Shown one piece after another: positions 54,688 to 64,000 of a DNA stretch of 64,000 bases (positions are counted from its first letter, which is position 1; every line of letters starts with the position of its first letter). The notes beneath the pieces were generated by a model that saw nothing but the letters and a program-made list of their open reading frames with translations, was not told the DNA's origin and made no database searches. Position numbers and translations under genes: made by a program. This DNA comes from Piromyces finnis finn (lineage: Eukaryota > Fungi > Neocallimastigomycota), in NCBI GenBank assembly GCA_002104945.1, contig MCFH01000043.1, positions 414,763 to 478,762 on the forward strand, in the 5' to 3' direction.

Positions 54688-55642
54688 TGTTTGTTATATA
54701 TTGATTATTGATTGTTAGTTATATTTTGTGGTTAATTTCATTTAAAAAAAAAAAAAATACTATTTTTTAAAAGGTAATAGTTACAAAATTCTCAAGTTTG
54801 TCATATCACCGATAAAGAATGGAAAATCACCAGATAACGAATTAGTACTAAGATCTCTAATTTATTAATAAAGTAAATGGCACATATTGTTAATATATAT
54901 ATTTTTGTTGTTTTTGTTTTATTTTCAATATATTAGGTTTAAATGTATTTTTATTGACATTTACAAATGTTCAAGATGAGTTAAACGTTTTAAATCCTCA
55001 GGTATACTTCCTGATAATTTATTGCTACGTAAATCTCTATATATAATTTGGAATTAAAAGCCAAATGTTAAAAAAAAGATATATTTTTTATTTTATATAT
55101 ATATGTATGTGGGTGGGTATATATTGTCTACTAACAATTTTTCAAGCATTGTGAAATTTCCAAAACTTTTTGAAATATTTCCATTCAAATAGTTATAACC
55201 CAAATTTCTACAGATATAAAGTAGGTATAAATTTTATTTAACAAGTGTTTATAAGTAAAAAAAAAAAAAAATGAGTTTAAAATTTCTATTATCTATAAAT
55301 ATCTATAATAGTATATAGTGAATGTATATATATGAAAAATGTTTCATTTTATTACATTTCAGTTATATATGTTGTACCATCAATATTTTTACATATGAAT
55401 TTATCATCGTCACAACAATCCATAGTATGATCTGTGAATATGATATCCTTTTCACTATATTCATTTAGTATAAGTTTTAAATTATCACAATCTGTAAATA
55501 TTGTGGTATTGGTGTTGGTATTCGATGATGGGGTAGTAGTTGATGGAGTTTCGGTTGGTGCTGTATTTTGTGGATTGGCTGTTGTTGTATTAACAAACAC
55601 TCCAGAAATTAATAAAAATAAATTCTTGAAGTTTAATTTCAT
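53451..55642 (-). CDS. Type I membrane LRR receptor-like protein (396 aa): signal peptide, T/P-rich stalk, Cys-cap, about eight plant-type 24-aa LRRs, Cys juxtamembrane region, one TM helix, short cytoplasmic tail, no kinase
   Basis: Exons 55642-55356, seven 72-nt exons (55207-55136, 55036-54965, 54856-54785, 54637-54566, 54473-54402, 54270-54199, 54070-53999) and 53850-53451; total 1191 nt in frame. LRRs include DLRSNKLSGSIPEDLKRLTHLEHL and DLSLNKLSGTIPKSIRELSNITEM. TM helix NLFIIIGGAIAALILIIFIV followed by KKR. Confidence 0.9.
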
Positions 55643-58600
55643 TTTTGTTAAATATGACTTTTTATATAGATATTATTTTTATAATATATATTGATGTTAT
55701 AATATATATTGTTATATATTGTTATACTATTTTTTTCTTTAAAAAATATTATTTTCTTTTTATTATTACTTAATATTATTTTTTTTTTTTTTTTTTTTTT
55801 TTGTAAAAAATTATTAACAAACAAAATAGGTTTTATTTATTTGTTATTGTTGTTGTAGTTGTTGTTTACAATTAAAAAAAAAAATATAAAGTAATGTTTA
55901 AAAAATATATATATCTAAGTTGTTGTTATTATTGTTGTTTTTTAACTATATATTTTATTTTATTATTATTTTTATTTTTTAATTTCTTATTTTGTTTTTC
56001 GATATTTTATTTTTGTTTAAAAGATATGCATTGTTTAAGGATAGTATTTTGAAATTCTTTTTTTAGTTTTTAAATTGGTTAAAAAAAAGAAAATAGAGAT
56101 TATTAATAATTTATATATAAAATTTTGTTATTCTTTTTTTTTATTTTGTTTTATTTTCCTTCTTCTTTTTTTTTTAATATTATTTCGAGAATTTGGATTG
56201 TTTATTAAGATATTTCTTAATTCTATTCAATCTTGATAATAAAATAAAAAAAGTAAAAAGAAATTTGAATTTATATACAATATTCTCTTTTTTTTTTTTT
56301 TCTTTTCTAAATAAAAAAAAAAATGAAAAATTAAAAAAATTTTTTTTATATTAAATTTTAAAACAAATAGTATTAAAATTTAATTTAAATGTATTATACC
56401 TATATTATTGGAATTTTATTATAATCTTGAGGCATAGTATTAGTTTAAATAATGGTAAAAAAAAAAAAAAAAGAGATATTTATGTAAAGTTATTTAGACC
56501 CACTTTTTAAAAAAAGATAAATTCATAGGGAAGAAGAAGAAAAAAAGATTTTTATTTGAGTCAATTAATATTAAATAATATAAAAAATATCATATTCCCT
56601 CTACATTAAACTTTTTTATTTTTTTAATAAAAATAAAGTTTACTTTAAAAAAGAATGTCACCAATTATTATAATTATGTGTATAAATATATAAAAATCGA
56701 ATCTGTCATTCACTGTCACTTTTTTCTATGAATTAAAAGTTTATTTAGAATTATAAAATAAATAAAATATATACAAATTAGTAAGAATAGGTAGGAGGGA
56801 AAAAATAGAAAGAATAAATAATTCTTTTTTTTTTTTACTTTAATTAATGATAGAGCTTATAATATAATCCTAATCTCTAATTTTGAAATTAAAAGGATGA
56901 GTATTGTTGTTAATGAGTAAATTAAAATAAAATAGTTATTGTTATTATTGTTATCCTGATTTAATGATATTAATTTAAAAAAAGAAATTAGTTTACATTT
57001 TACAAAATAGTAACACGCTTTAATCAATATACTATACTAAATATTAATCAAATTTATGAATATATAAATATATAATTGATAACTAATTGTCAAAAAAAAA
57101 AAAAAAAAGTGCATATAGTTTCAAAACTTTATAAAGTTTAATATTACAAATATAAAAGGGGGACCTGATCCAGTTAGAAATAGTCCTCTAATAATTTATT
57201 TAATGACTCGTTCTTGAGCTAAAACTTTATAATTTTTTTTAAAAATAAATCATAATGTATGATGAACAATAATATACCTTGCCTTTTTTTTTTTCATTAA
57301 ATAAACCTTTTTCCAAAAAAAAAAAAAATAATAATAATAAGTAATTAATTAAAAAAAATGAAAATCCAAGATAGTTATAAAGAATTGATAAAATGAATAA
57401 AAAAAAAAACATTTTAAAAACACTTTTATGGTAAAAAAAGATAAAAAGACATATTCGTTTAAACAATCCAACCATTCAGTAAATATGATTTCAAATAACC
57501 ATAATTTAAAAAAAAAAAATAATAATATTTCAAACAAACATATAATATAAATATAAATAAGAAAATAAAAAGAAAAAAAAAATAAAGCAATAGTTTAATA
57601 TTTGTAAAAGAAAGAAAAAAAAAAGTAAATCAAGTGAATTTAATTTATATTTTGTATTGAAAATTGATCTATAATAATAAATTATTATTGAATGTTGATA
57701 ACCATTTTTTGGTTTTGGTTTTGGTTTTATTTTTTTATACTTTATTTTTATTATTTTTTATATAGATTTTATATTTTTATCAAAAAAAAAAGTTTATAGT
57801 AATAAATAGTATAAATACTAAATAAATTAGTTTTAATTTTTTTCTTTTTTTATGTTGTTTTGTTTTTTGTTTTTGTTTTTGTTTTTTTCTGTTTTTGTTA
57901 ATAAAAAGATATTGTATAAAACATCTGTCTTTAAATAATATAAATAAAAAAATAATGAAAAAAAAATATTTTTAAGATAGAAATAGTCAAAACCTATCAT
58001 ATTTCCTTATTTATTTTTGAATTTCTTTTTATTTTTTAACTGTAAAAAAAAATAATAGAAAAAATATATATCTTTTTTTTTTTTTTTTTTTTTAATAAAT
58101 AATAGTTGATTGTTTTTCATTATTATTATATTTTGATTTTATATATTTTTCTGATGATATCGTTGATTTTATTTTTGTTTTTAAATATATAAATATATAT
58201 ATATTTTTCTCTATTTTATATAAACTTTATGTCATTTGTGTTGTTGTTTAGTTTATTTTATTGTTAATATTAATTGTTGTTATAATAGTTTATTTTTTTT
58301 TCTTTTGCAACATCAAAATTGTCAATTTAATTAAAAAACAAAACTTTTTTTAAGTTAAACAAAAATATTGATGATTTACTTTTTTTTTTTTTTTTTTACA
58401 AATTTTTATAAACTATTTTTTTTTTCTTTATTATTAAAAAAACATAAATATGGCATTTTCTTCCTTATATATATATAATAAAAAAGAAATGTTTTATGTT
58501 TTTATTTTTTTTTCTTTTTTTTTTTATTCTTCTGTTGTTGTTTAATTTTATTTATATTTTTTTATTTGTTTGTTTGTTTGTTTGTTTGTTTTTTTTTTTT

Positions 58601-59796
58601 TTATTCTTTTTTAATATTTAATATTTTTTATAAATATATTAGATATTAGTTTAGAAAAATCTTATAAAAAAAAAACTTTATTAATTAGTTTCCTTTTTAA
58701 ATTAAATTATATTATAATAATAATTATATAGTAATTTTTTTAAAAAAAAATATAAATTCATATATCCAAAAAAAAAGAATTTTTTTCGGTTTTTTTTTAT
58801 CTTTTTTTTTTTTTGTATACTTTTAATTTGATGAATTTAATGGATTGTTGTGCTATATGTGCTTTTTTTCAAAATATTTTCTTCTTTTTTTTTTTTTTTT
58901 GACTTTTGCGGTATTTTATTTCTTTTTTCTTTGGTTACTATTTTTATTTAATTTCTTTTTTTTTAAAAAAAAATGATCCTTTTATCAAGTGCTAAGATGT
59001 CTTTTTATAAAACAAATAAATAAAAATGGTAATATAGAATAAATTGTCAAAAAAAAAATAATTTTTTTTTTGATTCATGAATAATTTATGGATATTATTT
59101 TCGGGGTCAGAGTTCAAAAAAAATTATTGGAATAATAGATTATTTTTAAAAACGAATAAAATAGATAAAGAAAACGGATAATAAAAGTGCTTAGTTTTTA
59201 CTAGTCCATCTTCTTTTTCTATTTTATTTAAATAATATAATATGAATTATAAATATTAGGTATAGAAATGACTTTAATTAATTTACAATTACTATTATTA
59301 TTATTCATTATTCATTATTATTCAAAAATGTAAACATAAATAATATATATAATAGTTTTTTTTTTGTAGTTGTTTGTTGTTTGTTGTTGGTGAGATAATA
59401 ATAAAGGATAATGGTATTATATATATATATAATAAATAGTGATGGTAATAATAAAATAATAATAATAATATATAAATAAAAATACTTCATTAATAATTTT
59501 TTTTTTTTTTTTTTTTTTTTTGACTTTTGTTTTGTTTTTTTCTTTTTCCCTTTTCTTTATCAAATATGAATATTTTTTATTTTGCTTTGCTTTTACTATA
59601 AAAAGGAATAATACATTGGTATTTCTTTTGGATAGGCATTTTCCATTTTTTCACTTTATTTTTCTTTTCATATTTTGAATAAAGAATATTTTTTTCCCTT
59701 TAATCCATCTTTAATGAATAGATTTAAAAAAAAATGATTATTAATTAATAGAGTATCTTTTTTTTTCTGCCATTTTTTACATTAGACTAATTCAAA

Positions 59797-61314
59797 TTAA
59801 TTTGGAATTAAAAATTTCAAAAATCTAGGATTTGAATGTTGTTGTTGTTGAGGTGAAGTTGATGTTGGTCTTTGACCTTCACCTTTAACATTTTTTTTTG
59901 AGGAATCTTCATTTAAAAATTTTGTAAGTTGAGCGGTTGCTGGAATCTTTACATCACCATTAACTGGTTTATGATTCACATCATGATTTTGATTAATTAA
60001 AAGGGCTTTTGTACAATTTTTATGTTCCATTGGAGATGAAGATGGAATAATACTTGGAGAAGACATCATCTTTTTGTTGTAAGGAGAGACACAGCCATTT
60101 GAATAAATTGGAGAGTAGGGTGGGGTTAAGATGGCATTTTGAGAGGATGGGGAGGAAAGAACGGCTTGTTGACGATTATCATAGTATTTATTATTATTAC
60201 CACCTTGACTATAGACATTAGCATTCATTTCATTTCCATAACTACCTAATGGGTTATTGTTACTTCCATAAATGGTGGATTCAGAATTAACTGATTCTTC
60301 AGCTAATTTTGGTAATTCCCAATCGTATGGAACATCATAGGGTTTACCAGAAATTCTAAATAAATCATCTATCATTCCTTCTAAAAGATCGTAATCTGGT
60401 TCATCTTCAAATTTTAAGGTCTTTAAATATTGAAGCATATCATTGAATGGAGTTGGTAAATTAGCGACTAAATAAGAATTAGTCATTTGTCTCTTATAAA
60501 TAGCAACTTGTTCTTTTTCTCTACCTTTCCATGGAAGATCTCCAGTCATAAATTCTACTAAAACATAAAATAATGACCATAAATCATCAACCCTTCCAAG
60601 ATCTTTACCATCATGAGCGTTAATAGAAGCATAGGCAGCAGTGCCTCTAAAACCAACAGATCTTCTAGCTTCTTTAATTTCTCCACTAGAAGAAATGTAT
60701 GGACGACAAAGTCCAAAGTCAATGATATAACATCTGGCACGGCCATTATATGAATTAGTAGTATCAATACAGAAGTTACCTGGTTTAATATCACGATGGA
60801 TGACACCACCAATGGTATGACAATCCTTAATGGCATTCAACATTTGTTTGCCAAGTAAGGCGGTAGTGGCTAATGAGAACTTTTTACATTTTCTACGAAG
60901 TTTTGATAAACTTGGACCTAAAAGCTGCATTACCATATAATCATAGGTTGTAGATGAAGTAGAAGATTGAATAGTAATTCTACCACAAGCTTCAAAACGA
61001 CATACATAGTTGCTATTTTGCATTTTACGTAAAACACTAATTTCCATAGCTAATAAAGCTCTCTTACGTCTATTTTTCATAAGTGGACCTTCTACTTTAA
61101 TTGCTACAGTGCTATTAGTTTCCATATCATATGCAGAAAAGAGTTCACCAAAAGCACCCTTACCTATACTATCTAACTATAAAAAGTTTAATTTATTATT
61201 GGATTAATTTACCACTATTCCATTCCTTTTTTTTGTTTAATTACTAAATTTTTATAATAATATGGATATACTTACAATCTTCCAACGCTTTTTAATAACA
61301 ATTGATCTCAACAT
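59797..61314 (-). CDS. TTBK: Tau-tubulin kinase-like Ser/Thr kinase (CK1 group), about 472 aa
   Basis: Exons 61314-61276 (MLRSIVIKKRWKI) and 61176-59797. Motifs IGKGAFGEL, VAIKVE, LAMEISVLRKMQ, YMVMQLLGPSL, IHRDIKPGNF, IIDFGLCR, VGFRGTAAYASINAH, GRVDDLWSLFYVLVEF..G.LPW and EPDYD match the TTBK branch of the CK1 group. S/P/N-rich tail. Confidence 0.88.
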
Positions 61315-64000
61315 TGTTAATAATTATAAATATGTCTTTAAAAAAAGAAGTGAGTTTGATTTTTTTAAAAAAAAATTATAGTGTATTTAAATATTCTATA
61401 TATATAATATAATATATATTAAAATAAATGATTAATACATATATTAATTTTTCAATAAGTTCTTAAAACCTTCAAGTTTTACTATGAATAATCAAACTTT
61501 TTTTTTTTAAAAATAATTAACTTTTACTAATAAAATACTATCAAGTAATATTTATTAAAATTAGTTAATAAATATTATTAATAAATATTTTACTTTTTTT
61601 TTCTTTTATAAATAAAATAAACTAGTTTTCAAAAATAAATGTCATTATTTAATATCATATATAGATATATATAACACAAACGCAAATGATTTATGTTTAT
61701 ATAATTTTCCCTTTTTTTTCTTACTATGATATCTTTTATTTCTTTATTTTATTTATAATATATTTTGAGTGTTTTTTTTTTATAATTATTTTTAAAATGT
61801 TGACATATAAAAATTGGAATATTGAGTCATTTAAAAAAAAAAGGTCAAAATTTTCTATTATTGTTGTTATAGAAAGTGATATTAAAAAAAAAATAAATAG
61901 TTGATATGCTTTGAATATTATAATATATTTATTTCAGGACATTCCTTTTTATTAATAATTTTTTTTTTTTTTTTTTTTGGTTTTCCTAAACTATTGCTAT
62001 TTTTTCTTACTATACTTTTTTTTTTTTCTTAAAGAAAAATAATTTTTTATTGTTTATATATTCATTGCTGCGTTAAAGCAACAACAAAAAGTCTACTTTA
62101 TCTTATTATATTCTTAATATATTGTGGAATATTAATTTTTAATTTATTTATATATTATAAATTATAAATTAATTAATTTTTTTAATATATTTCTATTGTT
62201 TTTTTTTTTTTTTTTTTTAATCTTTCTTTTAAATGATTGTTCCTATACAAAGTTTTTATCGTTTTTTTTTTCAAATCGTACGAATGTTATATATGTTTTA
62301 TTCTATTATTTTATATATTTTCTATACATTATAATATATTATGCATTTTACTTTAATTAATGCTTTCTTTTTATTTTTTTTAATTATTAAAATTCCAAAA
62401 TGGTTAGTATTATTTTCATCATTTTCAATTTTTTAATAAAGATATATTTAGTATTATTAATGTTTTTTTTTAATATATTAATTTTTATTATTAAAACTTA
62501 TTAAAACTTTAATTTATATTAAAATTTTGGTCTATTTTTTTTTTTAATTTAATTTAGCTTTTATATTTTTTAATTTCTAAAAAACTTATTCTGGTTTATC
62601 ACCAACTACATCCATACAACCTATTCCTCTTTATATATAATTATTTTAAATATTGACTATACAACTGTTATTTTCTAAAAGAAATTTCCATACTTATGAT
62701 AATCAACTATATTTTATTTCAATGACCGTTTTGTTAAATTCTATTATAAAAAAAAAGGGTATATAGGATATCATCCAAAGATGTAACTATGATGATGATT
62801 CATTTTTTTGAAACTATCTATCTTTTAATTCTATAGAATTATATTATTGATGAAGCATTTTTCTTTTTCTTTTCTTATAAAAAATATACTATATAATGAA
62901 GGATTTTCTTTACATATATTATAATGATATCTTTCAATTCAATAATTGGAACATTTATTTTTTTTTCTTTTAACAAAAATTTAAATAAAAAAAAAACTAG
63001 ATATTTATGTATAATATAGGGTATAATAGTATTACCTTTTTAATTTTTAAAAAAGAAATATTTGATGAATTTGAATTTTTAGAGTAAGGTGAAAATTTTA
63101 TAATACAATTATTTAATAAATAATAACCTAGTGTTTAAAAAATAAAAAAGTTTATATGGTTAATGATATTAAATATTAAGGATAGAGTTAATTTATCTAC
63201 AATAATTTTATAAAACTATAGGCTTCTTACTTTTTTTTTCTCTTTTAGTTTAGAAAAAAAAACTATACAAAAAGATAGAATAAATATTATGTAAAAGAAT
63301 AGTTTTAGTTACTGATATTTATTGATGTATTTCTTTAATACTTTTAAATATTATTTGCATTATACAACTATATCAATATATATAAGTTGTATGATAACTC
63401 TTTAAAATTTTGGTAGTAAAAAGTATTATTATAAACTTCTAATATGAAATTTAAATTGTTTTTTTTTTATTATTAAGTTGGTTATAATGTTTATTGGTAT
63501 GTTATTTGTTTTAAATAAAGAATTTCAAGTTATTCGTTTTTTAAAATAGTATTTCAAAAATTGTTGTTTTTGTTGTTGTTGTTGTTGTTGTTGTTGGTAG
63601 TGATTTTTTTTTATTGTTACTACTTTTAAATATATTATATTTATTTACAAAATTGGTATATTTTTTAAAACTAAAAAAAAGACTAAAACTCAAAATTTTA
63701 TTGTATATTAAGTAATCTTTATTTTATATTTAGTGTAATGTTGTATTATATTGTATAGTATGTATTATAATACAAATAAGTATTATTTGTAATAACGTCG
63801 TAATGTTTTTAAAAAAAAATATAAAAAAGAAAAGATTTTCTATTGTATTTTTTTTTCCTTATTATATACAAAATTGAAAAATAAAAATAAAATAAAAAAT
63901 CTATCTTTTTTTTATTTTTTTTTTATTTCTCTATTATTTTAAATATATTGTATTATAAAATATATTTTATAATATTTTATTCTTTCTTCATAAAAAACGT

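Noticed and set aside
57157-57190. GC-rich hairpin (ggggac...gtcctct) as a Helitron 3' end or tRNA fragment
   Set aside because: No CTRR terminus at the expected distance and no cloverleaf; too short to call.
57239-59490. Short hydrophobic ORFs in AT-rich intergenic DNA (also 2765..2953, 25434..25631, 34364..34546, 44363..44566, 61686..61904)
   Set aside because: F/I/L/K/Y-rich translations expected from poly-A/T sequence; no motifs or splice support.
62580-62960. Moderately complex stretch that might be a decayed gene or transposon
   Set aside because: No open frame longer than a few dozen codons and no recognisable motif.

Overview
Extremely AT-rich, intron-rich eukaryotic DNA with long homopolymers and (AAT)n microsatellites. 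Fungal non-catalytic dockerin domains on two glycoside hydrolases point to an anaerobic gut fungus (Neocallimastigomycota). I reconstructed 13 protein-coding genes by hand from GT-AG splice sites. In order they are: a partial GH45 endoglucanase (2 dockerins + CBM1), a GH11 xylanase (2 dockerins), an intracellular LRR protein, a triple-doublecortin (DCX) protein, MAD1, a 12-exon Spo11/Top6A-fold gene, a Pho2/Phx1-like homeobox TF, a small F-box protein, the primase large subunit PRI2, a DnaJ-membrane protein, a BCAS3-like WD40 protein, a plant-type LRR receptor-like membrane protein, and a tau-tubulin kinase. The standout is the gene at 21014-23551 (-), which the ORF track mostly misses. It splices into an intact 369-aa protein that aligns by eye end-to-end with Spo11/topoisomerase VI-A. 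It has lost the catalytic Tyr motif, the Toprim Glu, the GKGxPD motif and the second Asp of DxD, so it looks like a maintained Spo11/Top6A pseudo-enzyme. No tRNA, rRNA, CRISPR array or intact transposon was seen. All homology calls come from remembered family motifs, not from database searches.
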